A stretch of DNA of 64,000 nt from Acidobacteriota bacterium. GTDB taxonomy: Bacteria > Acidobacteriota > Terriglobia > Acidiferrales > UBA7541. The stretch lies in contig PMES01000031.1 in NCBI GenBank assembly GCA_003154775.1, positions 4,334 to 68,333 of the forward strand. The letters are read 5' to 3'. Every line of letters starts with the position of its first letter. The first letter of the stretch is position 1. This document shows positions 1 to 11,102 of this stretch, piece by piece. Under the pieces are notes generated by a model. That model was given only the letters and a program-made list of their open reading frames with translations. It did no database searches and had not been told where the DNA came from. The translations under genes and the position numbers were made by a program.

Positions 1-991
1 CGGAAGCGCGAATGGTGAGCGTACGGTCCATCACAATTTCCGAGTCAATGGCGGCAGGGATGGAAGCTTTGAGTGCCGGAAGCACGGCACGGATGCGATC
101 CACGGTGTCAATGATGTTCGCGCCCGGCTGGCGGAAAATGATGATGAGGACACAGGGTTTGCCGTTCGCGTACCCGGCAGCGCGCACGTTTTCCGTGGAG
201 TCCTGGACGTTGGCGACATCGGACAATTTGACGGCGGCGCCATTGTGGTAGCCCACCACAAGAGGCATGTAGTCCGCCGCCTTCAGGAGCTGGTCGTTCG
301 TTGTGATGTCCGCTGACGTCGCGTCATCCGTGATTTGGCCCTTGGGACTATTGGCATTCTGCCGGCTGAGCATCGCGGCAACGTCCTGTAAGCCCAGACC
401 ATAGCTGTTGAGTTGGGTAGGATTCACGTCCACCCGCACACCCGGTAGCGAACTGCCACCAACGCTCACTTGTCCGACTCCCTGAATCTGAGAAAGACGC
501 TGCTGCATGATGGTGGAGGCGGCGTCGTAAAGCGTGCCTTTGTCGTACACATTTGACGTCAGCGCCAGAATCATGATCGGAGCATCGGCCGGGTTGACCT
601 TGCGATAGGTGGGATTGCCAGGGAGATTCGAGGGCAAGTAACTCCGCGCGGCATTGATCGAGGCTTGGACGTCGCGCGCGGCTCCATCAATGTTACGGTT
701 CAGATCAAATTGCAGGGTGACGCCGGTCGTGCCCAGATAACTGGAGGACGTCATTTCCGTCACGCCGGCAATCCTTCCGAACTGGCGCTCCAAGGGCGTC
801 GCGACGGAGGAGGCCATGATCTCCGGACTGGCTCCCGGCAAACCGGCGCCAACCGAAATCGTGGGGAAATCGATCTGGGGAAGCGGCGAGACCGGCAACT
901 CGCGAAAAGCCACGGCCCCAGCCAGCGCGATGGCCGCCGTCAGAAGAGTGGTGGCCACCGGCCGTCGAATGAATGGAGAAGAGAGGCTCAT
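1..991 (-). CDS. mdtC: RND efflux permease subunit, MdtC-like (partial, runs off the window start)
   Basis: Manual translation from ATG at 991 gives [17 protein letters not shown]...[14 protein letters not shown]...ATPLERQFG. It follows mdtB in the same operon and is absent from the ORF track because it is truncated by the window edge. Confidence 0.9.
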   Translation of the reverse strand, partial: MSLSSPFIRRPVATTLLTAAIALAGAVAFRELPVSPLPQIDFPTISVGAGLPGASPEIMASSVATPLERQFGRIAGVTEMTSSSYLGTTGVTLQFDLNRNIDGAARDVQASINAARSYLPSNLPGNPTYRKVNPADAPIMILALTSNVYDKGTLYDAASTIMQQRLSQIQGVGQVSVGGSSLPGVRVDVNPTQLNSYGLGLQDVAAMLSRQNANSPKGQITDDATSADITTNDQLLKAADYMPLVVGYHNGAAVKLSDVANVQDSTENVRAAGYANGKPCVLIIIFRQPGANIIDTVDRIRAVLPALKASIPAAIDSEIVMDRTLTIRAS

Positions 992-995
992 AGCA

Positions 996-3900
996 TCAAT
1001 CCGCTGGGACAACCTCAAGTCCGGCTTCGGGCGCGCGACGCGAAGAGAAGCGTTGCGCGAGCCGGTCGAAGAAGATGTAAATGACCGGAGTCGTGTAGAG
1101 CGTCAGAACCTGACTCAAGAGCAAGCCGCCAACCATGGAGATGCCCAAGGGGCGACGCAGCTCCGAGCCTATTCCGGTACCAAGGGCCAGTGGCAAGCCG
1201 GCCAGCAATGCAGCCATGGTGGTCATCATGATCGGACGGAATCGCAGGAGGCAGGCTTCATAAATGGCGACTTCCGGCTTCTTGCCTTCTTTGCGCTCCG
1301 CCTCGAGAGCGAAGTCGATCATCATGATTCCGTTTTTCTTGACGATACCGATCAGAAGGATGATACCGATGAGGGCGACGACGCTGAGTTCCTGGCCGAA
1401 AAGCAACAAGGCCAGAATGGCACCCACCCCGGCGGAGGGCAGCGTGGACAGAATTGTGAGGGGGTGGATGTAACTTTCATAGAGCACGCCAAGGACGATA
1501 TAAACCGTGACCAGCGCCGCGAGGATCAATAGCGGCTCGTTCGACAAGGAGGCTTGAAACGACGCGGCGGTGCCCTGAAAGGCGCCCTGCACGCTGAGAG
1601 GCATGCCAATTTCCTGCTGGGCTTTGTCGATGGCCTTGGTGGCTTCGCCAAGCGACGCACCGGGTGCCAGATTGAACGAGATGGTGACGACGGGAAATTG
1701 CCCCTGGTGATTGACGGACAAGGGGCTGCTCTTCATTTCGAAGCGGGTAAAGGCGCTGAGGGGAACCGCGCCACCATTTACGGTTGCTACGGGGCTAGGA
1801 TTGGCAGAACCGGAGCTGACAGCCGTATTGGGGACAGCGGAAGGGCTGGGCGCAGCAGAGGAAGCCGAATTGCCGGAAGACGTCGTCGCCGTGACAGTCT
1901 GCGTACCTGAAGAGCCAGTGGTGAGTGCAGTTGGAGCCAGAGCAGAACGCACGTAGATGTCCTGTAATTTCGAGGGGTTCTTCTGAAACTCGGGTTGCGT
2001 TTCAAGAACGATGTGGTACTGGTTCACCTGGGTGTAGAGCGTCGAAACTTGGCGCTGTCCAAAAGCATCGTAAAGCATCTGGTCGATCGCTTGCGGCGTG
2101 ATGCCCATGCGGGAAGCGGTGACGCGGTCGATGGTGAGGGAGGCGGCCAAGCCGGAAGTCTGCTGGTCCGTGGCCAGATCGCGAAGCTCCGGAATGGCTT
2201 GCAGTTTGGCCATCAGCTTGGCCGTCCAGTAATTCAGTTCGCGCTGATCGGGATCTTCGAGGGTGTACTGATATTGCGTGCGGCTCACGCGGTCTTCGAC
2301 CGTAAGGTCCTGCACCGGCTGCATGTACAGAGTGATGCCATCGATCTTTTCCAGATTTGGCTGGAGCCGCCGGATGACATCCGAGGCGTTGATTTTGCGC
2401 ACTTCCAGGGGCTTCAAATTGATTTGGATACGCCCGCTGTTCAATGTCGTGTTGGTGCCGTCGATACCGATGAAGGAAGAAAGACTCTCCACGGCAGGAT
2501 CCTGCAAGATCAAGTGGGTGAGTTGCTGCTGCTTATCCGCCATGGCCGGAAACGATACGGACTGGGCGGCTTCCGAAATGCCTTGAATGATGCCCGTATC
2601 TTGCACCGGGAAGAAGCCCTTGGGGATGAAGATGTAGAGGATAACAGTGAGCACCAGCGTGGCGGCGGCCACAAGCAGAGTTGCGGTTTGGCGCTTTAAC
2701 ACCCACGTTAGAGTTCGTCCATAGAAAGCGATGATGCGGTCAAAGGCTCTCTCCGAAGCCATATAAAAACGGGTCTGCTTTCGCCCGTGCGTGCTTTTCA
2801 AAAGACGCGAACACATCATGGGTGTGAGAGTCAGAGAAACCACCGCGGAGACGAGGATGGTAACGCTCAGGGTGATGGCAAACTCGCGGAAAAGCCGCCC
2901 GACGATGTCGCCCATGAAGAGCAGGGGAATCAATACGGCAATCAAGGAAATCGTGAGCGATACGATGGTGAAACCGATCTGCTCGGAGCCTTTCAGCGCG
3001 GCTTGCAGCGGCGGGTCGCCCTCTTCGATAAATCGGATAATGTTCTCGATCATCACGATGGCGTCATCGACGACGAACCCCGTGGAAATCGTGAGGGCCA
3101 TCAGCGTGAGGTTGTTTAAGCTGAAGCCCGCGAGATACATCACGCCGAACGTGCCGACGATGGAGAGAGGGACGGCGACGCTGGGGATGATGGTGGCGGA
3201 AACATTGCGCAAGAACAGAAAAATGACCATGACGACCAGCGCCACGGTGAGCATGAGTTCAAATTCCACATCCTGGACGGAAGCCCTGATCGTGGTGGTG
3301 CGGTCCGTCAGTACATCCACTTGCACGGCGGCGGGGAGATTGCTTTTCAGGACAGGAAGCAACTTTTTAATGCGATCGACTACCTGAATGATGTTGGCCC
3401 CGGGCTGGCGCTGAATGTTGACGATGACCGCGGGAGTTTCGTTCATCCAGGCGGCCTGGCGGTTGTTTTCCACGTCATTTTCGACCGTAGCCACATCGGA
3501 GAGTTTTACGGGCGACCCGTTGTGGTAAGCAATGATGACCTGCTCGAAATCGGAAGCGTTGAGCAGTTGGTCGTTCGATTGAATCTGGTAGTCCTGTTGC
3601 GGGCCGTCGAAGTTCCCTTTCGCCTGGTCGAGGCTGGTTTGCTGGAGGGCCGTGCGGACATCCTCGAGATTTATGCCGTACGAGGAGAGCGCCGTGGGAT
3701 TCACGCGCACGCGAACGGCCGGCTTTTGCCCGCCGCTGATGCTGACGAGTCCCACGCCCGGAAGCTGAGAAATTTTTTGGGCGAAGCGCGTATCCGCGAG
3801 GTCTTCGACTTGCGACAGCGGAATTGACTTGGAGGAAAGCGCCAGCGTAAGAATCGGCGTGTCCGCCGGATTCGTTTTGCTATAGATCGGGGGGATCGGC

Positions 3901-4268
3901 AGATCGGAGGGCAGATAGGTTTGGGCGGCGTTGATGGCGGCTTGTACTTCCTGTTCGGCGACGTCGATGTTCAATTCAAGTGAAAACTGCAAAACAATGA
4001 TGGAACTCCCGTCGGAGCTCGTGGAAGTCATCTGATTGAGGCCGGGAACCTGGCCGAACTGGCGCTCGAGTGGCGCGGTTACGGCCGAAGCCATCACATC
4101 CGGATTGGCGCCGGGATAAAACGTAACGACCTGAATGGTGGGGTAGTCGACCTCCGGCAGCGCCGAGACGGGCAACTGGAGATAGGCGACGAAGCCAGCA
4201 AGCAAGATGGCCGCCATCAATAGCGACGTCGCTACCGGCCGTAAAATGAACGGACGAGAGGGACTCAC
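996..4268 (-). CDS. mdtB: RND efflux permease subunit, MdtB-like (AcrB/AcrD/AcrF family)
   Basis: 1090 aa with [49 protein letters not shown] and RFRPIMMTT motifs. Overlaps the mdtA stop. Confidence 0.93.
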   Translation of the reverse strand: MSPSRPFILRPVATSLLMAAILLAGFVAYLQLPVSALPEVDYPTIQVVTFYPGANPDVMASAVTAPLERQFGQVPGLNQMTSTSSDGSSIIVLQFSLELNIDVAEQEVQAAINAAQTYLPSDLPIPPIYSKTNPADTPILTLALSSKSIPLSQVEDLADTRFAQKISQLPGVGLVSISGGQKPAVRVRVNPTALSSYGINLEDVRTALQQTSLDQAKGNFDGPQQDYQIQSNDQLLNASDFEQVIIAYHNGSPVKLSDVATVENDVENNRQAAWMNETPAVIVNIQRQPGANIIQVVDRIKKLLPVLKSNLPAAVQVDVLTDRTTTIRASVQDVEFELMLTVALVVMVIFLFLRNVSATIIPSVAVPLSIVGTFGVMYLAGFSLNNLTLMALTISTGFVVDDAIVMIENIIRFIEEGDPPLQAALKGSEQIGFTIVSLTISLIAVLIPLLFMGDIVGRLFREFAITLSVTILVSAVVSLTLTPMMCSRLLKSTHGRKQTRFYMASERAFDRIIAFYGRTLTWVLKRQTATLLVAAATLVLTVILYIFIPKGFFPVQDTGIIQGISEAAQSVSFPAMADKQQQLTHLILQDPAVESLSSFIGIDGTNTTLNSGRIQINLKPLEVRKINASDVIRRLQPNLEKIDGITLYMQPVQDLTVEDRVSRTQYQYTLEDPDQRELNYWTAKLMAKLQAIPELRDLATDQQTSGLAASLTIDRVTASRMGITPQAIDQMLYDAFGQRQVSTLYTQVNQYHIVLETQPEFQKNPSKLQDIYVRSALAPTALTTGSSGTQTVTATTSSGNSASSAAPSPSAVPNTAVSSGSANPSPVATVNGGAVPLSAFTRFEMKSSPLSVNHQGQFPVVTISFNLAPGASLGEATKAIDKAQQEIGMPLSVQGAFQGTAASFQASLSNEPLLILAALVTVYIVLGVLYESYIHPLTILSTLPSAGVGAILALLLFGQELSVVALIGIILLIGIVKKNGIMMIDFALEAERKEGKKPEVAIYEACLLRFRPIMMTTMAALLAGLPLALGTGIGSELRRPLGISMVGGLLLSQVLTLYTTPVIYIFFDRLAQRFSSRRAPEAGLEVVPAD

Positions 4269-5587
4269 TGCGACGAGCCTCCCTTTTTGCCTGCCGGGGC
4301 GCCTGCCCCACGGGTTGTGGGCGGACCAGATTGGGTATCCTGGCCCGTTTGAGGCTGCTGGCCGGAGGCTCCGGCACCGCCGCTGGTGGGCTTGCGAACG
4401 GTAACTTTCGAGCCATCCTGAAGCTTGTCGAATCCATTGACAGCCACGACTTCCTGAGGTGCGACTCCCTCGACAGCGGTCACGGAACCATCCGTGGTGC
4501 CGGGGGTTATTGTCCGCATGGAGGCGGTCTGGTCACTTTTGATCACGTAGACAAAAGCCCCTTGGGCGCTACGCTGAATCGCCGGAGTGGGAATCAAAGT
4601 CATATTGCGTTGCGTGTCGACGAGCAGTTTGACGTTCACGAACTGGTTGGCGAAGAGAGCGTTGTCCGCGTTTTCAAAGATGGCTTTGAGTTTCAACGTG
4701 CCGGTGGTGGTGTCAATGACATTATCGAGGGTGAGCAGCGTGCCGGACGCAAGTTTCGTGCTCTCTGCACGGTCAAACGCATCGACAGGCAGCTTTTTCC
4801 CTTTGCGCAATTGCTGTTGAATCTGGGAGAGCTGATCTTCGGCGATGCTGAAAATCACCGTGATGGGCTGAAGTTGCGTGATCACGACCAAGGCCGTGGT
4901 GCTGTTGGCCTGGACGATATTCCCGGGGTCAATGAGGCGGAGTCCAACGCGCCCGGCAATGGGTGCGGTGATATGGGTGTAGACGAGATTGACCTTGGCA
5001 TTGGCGAGCTGGCCCTCGTCGTTTTTGACGGTGCCTTCATCCTGCAACACGACCTGCTGTTGATCATCCAATTGCTGCTTGGCGATGGCGTTGCGAGTGA
5101 AGGCTTGCTGGTAGCGTTCCAAATCGATCTTGGCTTCGTTCAAGACGGCCTGATCATGCGCCAGTTGTCCTTCGACTTGCGTTAGCGACGCCTGATAAGG
5201 GCGGGGATCGATTTCGACCAGCGGGTCGCCCTTCTGGACCATTTGCCCTTCGTGATAGTAGACCTGGGTAATCTCGCCCTGCACCCGGCTTGTCACCGTT
5301 ACGGTGTAGACAGGAGTCACCGTGCCCAATGCGTTCAGGTAAATTCCGATGTCGCCCTGGTGCGCTGTCGCCGTCGAGACCAAAACTGGCCGGGAGGCAG
5401 GGTCACCGCCGGTTTTCGCCGCGGGAGTGGCCCCGCGAAGTTGCCACCACGCCACGCCGCCAAGGACAAGGGCTCCGAGGATCAGCCAGATCCACCAGCG
5501 GCTCTTGTGTGTGGATGCGTTTTCAGTTGCGTAATGCCCGGGCTTCCCGGAGTCCGTTGAGTTTGCTTGTTGTTCCGTCACTTGCAC
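4265..5587 (-). CDS. mdtA: RND efflux periplasmic adaptor (membrane fusion protein), MdtA-like
   Basis: N-terminal TM segment, [17 protein letters not shown], lipoyl-like [14 protein letters not shown] and [12 protein letters not shown]; first gene of an mdtABC-type operon. Confidence 0.92.
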   Translation of the reverse strand: MQVTEQQANSTDSGKPGHYATENASTHKSRWWIWLILGALVLGGVAWWQLRGATPAAKTGGDPASRPVLVSTATAHQGDIGIYLNALGTVTPVYTVTVTSRVQGEITQVYYHEGQMVQKGDPLVEIDPRPYQASLTQVEGQLAHDQAVLNEAKIDLERYQQAFTRNAIAKQQLDDQQQVVLQDEGTVKNDEGQLANAKVNLVYTHITAPIAGRVGLRLIDPGNIVQANSTTALVVITQLQPITVIFSIAEDQLSQIQQQLRKGKKLPVDAFDRAESTKLASGTLLTLDNVIDTTTGTLKLKAIFENADNALFANQFVNVKLLVDTQRNMTLIPTPAIQRSAQGAFVYVIKSDQTASMRTITPGTTDGSVTAVEGVAPQEVVAVNGFDKLQDGSKVTVRKPTSGGAGASGQQPQTGQDTQSGPPTTRGAGAPAGKKGGSSQ

Positions 5588-6023
5588 TCCTCAAATCGAT
5601 GAGGGACAGTCCTCTCGTGAAAAATGAAGCTGCGCACCTTCTATCGTGTGGATAAGACGCACATTCCGCGGAAAGAGCCAACCACAGGTACAGTCCTCTC
5701 CCCACACTTCCAGTACATCCTATCATCGTCTTCACTATCTTTTCGACGTGCGGGAGGGGCGGCAAGTTTCATTCGATTACCGGAGAGGGATACGGCGAAA
5801 AGGGTCGGGGGCATCGCTTACGGCGTCCCGCGATGGCCGCGTGACTCGATGTCGCGCTGGGCGCAGCGGTCAAGGGAAACGATTGTCCCCGATGGAGCAA
5901 CAGTTGTCGCTCATCGTGTTGATAGGAAACAAGGTTGGCAGGGGATGAGTGCCGTTGAATGCGTGTTTACCGCAGCGAGCTTCGTGGTAGACTACGGGCC
6001 ACGAAATCGCTGCTGGAATCGCC

Positions 6024-8663
6024 ATGAAAACCTGCCGCGTCTGTCAGCGGAGCTACTCCACTCATTTCGCCAACTGTCCCCAGGACGGGACGCCCCTCAT
6101 CCAGTCGGAAGAATGGGCCGAGGGGGAGCTGGTCCGTGGAAAATACCAAATCATTCAGAAGATCGGCCAAGGGGCCATGGGCGCGGTGTACAAAGCGTTG
6201 CACATGCACTTCCAGGAGCTGCGCGCGCTGAAGGTGATTGCGGCGGCCCTGGCGAGCGATAAGAAGTTCGTCAAGCGTTTCGAGCAAGAGGCCATCCTGG
6301 CGCGGAAGCTCCAGCACCCCAATGCGGTGCGCGTGGACGACATTGACGAAACGGAAGACGGCCAACCGTTCATTGTCATGGAGTACATCGAGGGCAAGAA
6401 CCTGAGGGATGTCATCGCCGAAGAAGGCCCGATGACGCCGACGCGGGTGGCCTCGATCATCCGGCAAGTGGCCTCGGCGCTGGACGCGGCGCACCACTTG
6501 GGAATCATTCACCGCGACATCAAGCCGGAGAACATCGTTCTCATCCAATCGCAAAAGGAAGTTGTGGCCAAGGTGCTGGATTTCGGCATCGCCAAGCTCA
6601 AGGAAGGCCTCAGCGGTTCCTCCGCGACTTCCATGACCGGCACAGGAATGGTGGTGGGCACGCCGCTGTACATGTCCCCGGAACAGGCCATGGCTTCGCC
6701 CGGCAAGGACCTCGACGGCCGGTCGGACATTTATTCGCTCGGCGTCGTGATGTATCAAATGCTGACGAACGAACTCCCGATTCAAGGCGACACTTCGCTG
6801 CAAATCGTGATGGCGCACATCCAGACTCCTCCCATTCCCATTCAATGCGCGCAAGCCGGAGTAAAAATTCCCCAGCCCCTCGCTGATCTGGTGATGAAGT
6901 GCCTGGCAAAAAATCGCGAAGAGCGGCCCGCGAACGGGCAGGCAATCATTGAGGCGCTGGACCGGTGGGAATTGGAAAGGCGTGAAAAAGAAGAAGGAGA
7001 GACGCTTTTGGTTGCGCCCGGGGGTGCCACGCCGCGCCGGGAAACGGCGGCGCGTTCGACGGTGCAGGTGGCGAAGGGTTCCGCATCCGTGAATCCGGCG
7101 GGAACAATTGGGGTTGCGCCCGCAGGCCAGCAAGTTTCATCGCGTTCGGCGCGTAGTTGGATTCCCTGGGCCGCGTTGTTTGTCGTGGCGGCACTTGGCA
7201 TTGCCGGCGGGTGGCGGTACCGCGGCGTGTTGCTCCGGGCCGTAGCTCGGCGCGCGAATTCCGCGGCTTCTTCGAGTGCGTCCCAGCCAAAGACGGAGAC
7301 GCCCAGCCCGGCGCATCAGGCGGACACTTTGCCCGGGATTCCAACGGAAAAGCCCGTTGCACCGGCAGCCGCCTCGGAGAATCTTGCCGCGGAGAACGGA
7401 GCCGCTCCTCCAGCATCGCCTTCCACGAAACCGGTGCTGCCGCCGGACCCGGCGAAGACCAAATACTACACCGACGCTGCGGGACGCAAAGTCTCGAATG
7501 CGGTTGGTACGGCGGCCGAGCACAACGAATTCAAGGCGGTGCAAGCCGAAAAAGACGAGGCGCACCAGATCCAGCGCCTGAACGACTTCGTGTCGCGGTT
7601 CCCGAATTCCGAGCTGCTTGTGGATGCTTATGCGCTGTACTACCGGGACTATCGTGAACTCAAGAATTTCCCGAAGGTGATCGAGTACTCCGACAAACTT
7701 GTGGCGCTGGGAGACAAAGCCGATGCCAACGCGCGATTCCAGGCGCTCTACGCCCGCGCGATTGCCTACGACGCGCTGCCGCCAAATGATCCGGCGCAAG
7801 CGAAACAAGCGAAGGAAGCAGCCGCGCTGGGGTTGAGCACCCTGAACGAGATCAAGAAGCCCGAAAACGTCACGGAAGCAGCGTTTGCCGCGGAGAGAAA
7901 GCCAATCATGGTGTACCTGGATGAGACCTCGGGAACGGCCTCCATGACGTTGAAGGACTATGCGGGCGCAATCGGGGCCTACCGGGCCGCGCTGGCGTTG
8001 GATCCGGAAGATGGCAACGCCACTTACCAGCTTGGGCTGGCGTATTTGGGAGCGAGCCCGCCGCGCCAACTGGACGGCTTCTGGGCCTTGGCGCGCGCGG
8101 CTAGCGCGAAAAACAGGGGTGGGCCGCAACCGCAAGAGATCAAGGCGTACCTGAAAAAACTGATGGCGAGCTACGAGCAAACGGGATGCCCGAGCCTGGT
8201 TGACGCCCAGCTCAGCGAATTGATGCAAGTTGCGGGTAGCTCTTCGGAGCGCCCGGAAAGTTACAGCCTGCCGAGCAAGGCCGACCTGGACGCCGCGAGA
8301 AACGTCATGACGATTACCAGCGTCGTGGCGGACATAAAGGGCCCCGCCGACAAAGCCAAGGCGACTTGGCTGGCGGCTTGCGGAATGGAATTTCTGAACT
8401 TACCCAGCAAAGTAATCAGCGTGGTGCAGGGCGATCCCGTTGTTTTGAAAGTGGCCCTGGTGACCACCGAACTGGAATTCCGGGCGGCGCGGAGGGCGAA
8501 CATGGATGTCAGCGTTGCCGGGCAGCCGGAGGCGGCGACGCTTCAAGTGGGCAGCCTGGTGCGCTTTACGGGCACCCTCTCCGGTTACGACCGGACGCCT
8601 CTGATGCTGCACTGGCAGAAAGCCAGAATCAATCCGCACGATATCCCGGCGGCCAGCAAGTAG
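6024..8663 (+). CDS. Hanks-type Ser/Thr protein kinase with N-terminal zinc ribbon, TM helix and TPR-like C-terminal region
   Basis: Kinase motifs IGQGAMG, RALK, HRDIKPEN, DFG and SPEQ. N-terminal CxxC..CPxDG, TM segment WIPWAALFVVAALGIAGGW, and TPR-like AIGAYRAALALDPEDGNATYQLGLAY. Confidence 0.92.
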   Translation: MKTCRVCQRSYSTHFANCPQDGTPLIQSEEWAEGELVRGKYQIIQKIGQGAMGAVYKALHMHFQELRALKVIAAALASDKKFVKRFEQEAILARKLQHPNAVRVDDIDETEDGQPFIVMEYIEGKNLRDVIAEEGPMTPTRVASIIRQVASALDAAHHLGIIHRDIKPENIVLIQSQKEVVAKVLDFGIAKLKEGLSGSSATSMTGTGMVVGTPLYMSPEQAMASPGKDLDGRSDIYSLGVVMYQMLTNELPIQGDTSLQIVMAHIQTPPIPIQCAQAGVKIPQPLADLVMKCLAKNREERPANGQAIIEALDRWELERREKEEGETLLVAPGGATPRRETAARSTVQVAKGSASVNPAGTIGVAPAGQQVSSRSARSWIPWAALFVVAALGIAGGWRYRGVLLRAVARRANSAASSSASQPKTETPSPAHQADTLPGIPTEKPVAPAAASENLAAENGAAPPASPSTKPVLPPDPAKTKYYTDAAGRKVSNAVGTAAEHNEFKAVQAEKDEAHQIQRLNDFVSRFPNSELLVDAYALYYRDYRELKNFPKVIEYSDKLVALGDKADANARFQALYARAIAYDALPPNDPAQAKQAKEAAALGLSTLNEIKKPENVTEAAFAAERKPIMVYLDETSGTASMTLKDYAGAIGAYRAALALDPEDGNATYQLGLAYLGASPPRQLDGFWALARAASAKNRGGPQPQEIKAYLKKLMASYEQTGCPSLVDAQLSELMQVAGSSSERPESYSLPSKADLDAARNVMTITSVVADIKGPADKAKATWLAACGMEFLNLPSKVISVVQGDPVVLKVALVTTELEFRAARRANMDVSVAGQPEAATLQVGSLVRFTGTLSGYDRTPLMLHWQKARINPHDIPAASK

Positions 8664-8684
8664 TCCGCGTGAATAACGATTCCC

Positions 8685-8794
8685 AGCGCCGGAGGCGCGC
8701 ATTTTGCGCCCGCCGTTTTCTGGAGGGCGCGAAACACGTTAGCTCAGGGCGTAAGCCCTGGGTACGCAACAAACACAATCGCAAGCGCCGGAGG
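8685..8794. repeat. REP-like element: central palindrome flanked by direct repeats
   Basis: CAGGGC-GTAA-GCCCTG hairpin (8745-8760) flanked by AGCGCCGGAGG at 8685 and 8784; intergenic. Confidence 0.55.
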
Positions 8795-8915
8795 ACGCGG
8801 CACATCCCCCACCCGCCAGCGCCCAACGACCAATAATCCAAAAAATTCTCAACCTGCCCTTCTCTTGTATTCACCGGAGCCGTCCGTCACAATATCGCCC
8901 GCGCCGACAAACCCC

Positions 8916-9323
8916 ATGCTCAACTCCCTGCCCGCACCTATTCTGCTGGACATCGCGATACTCTTCACCGCGCTCGCTTGGGGGCTCGGGCTTTACCTGG
9001 TGGACAAACGGGTGTACCTCTTTGCCTCGCTGGCGATTGGTTGTTTTGTGTGCCTGTTCGGGTACAGCGTCGCGAGCCTGGGTGCGCCGGTCTGGGCCGT
9101 GGTTGCCGCGCCACTTCCTTTGGATGTGTTGCTGCTCTGGTATGTCCTGCGAAAACCACGAAAAATAGCACTGGCTTACGTGTTGATTTGGGCGATTTAC
9201 ATCGTTTTTCACATGCTTCTTAGTTCTTTGCTTCGTTACGACTCCCTGGTCCCCGCATGGAGACTCCATTCCTGGGCGCGCCTCATGCGTCCGCCGTTTT
9301 CTGGGGAAAGCTCCACACGCTAG
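8916..9323 (+). CDS. Hypothetical integral membrane protein (about 4 TM helices)
   Basis: Almost entirely hydrophobic ORF. Start placed at ATG 8916 (MLNSLPAP) rather than 8865. Confidence 0.65.
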   Translation: MLNSLPAPILLDIAILFTALAWGLGLYLVDKRVYLFASLAIGCFVCLFGYSVASLGAPVWAVVAAPLPLDVLLLWYVLRKPRKIALAYVLIWAIYIVFHMLLSSLLRYDSLVPAWRLHSWARLMRPPFSGESSTR

Positions 9324-9586
9324 CGGACATACCTTGAAGATAATGTGCACTAATGTTTATGAGGATACAACCACGGATTTTCTTTCTACCGGGCAATTTG
9401 CTAGCCACCCCTCTGCAACGCTTGCAAACCCCGAAGCCACGCTATCGGCGGGTGGCGCACCCCTTTGTAGGCAGGCAAGACGTGGGCGGGTGGCAGACCC
9501 TTAAAGCGGTGAGGCAATCATGGGTGGCCTATTCGGATCGCGCCACGCACGTCCACCACGCTCTGCGCTGTGATAGCATCGGGAGT

Positions 9587-9748
9587 ATGATGAGCACTCA
9601 CCGAAAACAGCCCTGCCGCTGCGGGCACGGTTCCACAATCCACAGGCCGGAGCCCGGAAGAGCGAATCGACCTCGCGTAATCTGCTATTACCCCGGCTGC
9701 AAATGCAAGAAGTACAGGCCGGCGGCTGGCGCACGCTCAAAGCGCTGA
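9587..9748 (+). CDS. Small Cys/His-rich putative zinc-binding protein (53 aa)
   Basis: GGGAG upstream of ATGATG; pattern CxCxHx4H...Cx4CxC (CRCGHGSTIH...CYYPGCKC). Confidence 0.5.
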   Translation: MMSTHRKQPCRCGHGSTIHRPEPGRANRPRVICYYPGCKCKKYRPAAGARSKR

Positions 9749-9918
9749 GGCAATCTCGGGTAGCCTATCATTTACGGCGTTCGTAAAGGGTGAGCCCGCT
9801 CTTCGCCCTGCTCTCTTCCTTCCTCCCCTTTACCCTGCTTGCCCCGAGCTTCGAGGGGAGCGCTCTTCGCGAAGGGCTCCTCGTGCCAGTTTCGAAACTA
9901 GTACCCACTTATTACATA

Positions 9919-9947
9919 TTGACATGTGGTAAATAACGTGCTACCAT
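9919..9947 (+). promoter_or_regulatory. Near-consensus sigma-70 promoter with extended -10
   Basis: TTGACA (9919-9924), 17-bp spacer, TGn plus TACCAT (9942-9947). Confidence 0.65.
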
Positions 9948-10328
9948 GTCTTATGAATACTCGCCACCATCCCGCCCGCGCTCCAGACTCCCCCGACAAA
10001 CTCACTCCCTGCACACCAGTTCGCATCAATAGCAAAACAAACGCTTTATCCGTATTTTCACCTTTTGCGGGAAAGCATCATGGAGCCCATTGCGGACAAG
10101 AGCGGACAAAAAGATAGAGCAGCATGGTTCCTCAAGGTCTGGTTACCATGACGCGTAACAACAGAGCCATCTATCCCTCTTATCGCCGCTGCAAGACGTA
10201 TGAATTGGCTGATGCGCCACGGGGCGATATCCTGCCGCGTTTGCCACCGCATCCAGCCGCGTGACAAAGCCCGCCGGGTAACCAATGTCGTTACTACGGG
10301 AACTCAATCGCCCGGCCGAACCACAGCT

Positions 10329-10967
10329 TTACACTGAGGCTATCAACCGGCGGGCCAAAGCTACTGCCGAGTTCGCATTCTCGCTGTAGCCGTCAGCGCC
10401 GATCTCGTTGGCAAATTCCTGGGTCACCGGTGCGCCACCAATCATCACTTTGATTTTCTCGCGGATGCCCGCTGCCTTCAATGCCTCGATCGTGGTCTTC
10501 ATGGAGGGCATCGTCACCGTCAGCAGAGCGGAGAGGGCCAGGATGCTGGCGTTGGTATCCTTCAACGCCGCAATGAACTTCTCCGGCGGCACGTCCGCAC
10601 CAACGTCGATCACTTCAAACCCGCCACCTTCGAGCATGGACACGACCAGATTCTTGCCGATGTCGTGAAGGTCGCCCTTCACCGTTCCGATGACCACGCG
10701 TCCCACCGGTTTCGCGCCGGAAGCGGAAAGTAAAGGGCGCAACAGATCCAACGCTCCCTTCATCGCACGGCCCGAAAGGAGCAATTCCGGAACGAAATAC
10801 TCTTCACACTCAAAAAGACGCCCCACCTCGGCCATTGCCGGGATCATCGTGTTGGCAATCAATTCCCCAGGGTCCATCTTTTCGGCGATTGCCTGTTGCG
10901 TAATGGCGACCGCTTTCTTTGAGTCACCGTTCACGATTGCATCATGAAGTTGCTGCAAGTCTGCCAT
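10329..10967 (-). CDS. Corrinoid (cobalamin-binding) protein, MtbC/MttC family
   Basis: B12-binding cap (MIPAM.EVG.LF...EYFVPELL) and GDLHDIGKNLV (DxHxxG). Start at ATG 10967 after a GAAGGGAG RBS. Confidence 0.92.
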   Translation of the reverse strand: MADLQQLHDAIVNGDSKKAVAITQQAIAEKMDPGELIANTMIPAMAEVGRLFECEEYFVPELLLSGRAMKGALDLLRPLLSASGAKPVGRVVIGTVKGDLHDIGKNLVVSMLEGGGFEVIDVGADVPPEKFIAALKDTNASILALSALLTVTMPSMKTTIEALKAAGIREKIKVMIGGAPVTQEFANEIGADGYSENANSAVALARRLIASV

Positions 10968-11102
10968 ATCTGCTCCTTCCCGCTTACCCGTTCGATGATC
11001 TCGTGGAACAGCCGTCGCATCCCTGGCCACGCCGATTGATTGCTATGGCGGGCAACGCGAACTTAATCTCTGGCACCAGGAAGACTCCGCAATTTCTTAT
11101 CT

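Noticed and set aside
665-5185. Long plus-strand ORFs opposite mdtABC (e.g. 816-1532, 1995-2699, 4331-5185)
   Set aside because: Antisense shadow ORFs typical of GC-rich coding DNA, with no motifs or RBS. The same applies to 7137-8228, 11175-12365, 31482-32924 and 42431-44026.
9450-9530. Three GGGTGGC-containing units spaced 38 and 34 bp, superficially a mini CRISPR array
   Set aside because: The repeats are only about 7-15 bp and degenerate, there is no cas gene or leader, and the pattern fits decayed REP-type palindromes better.
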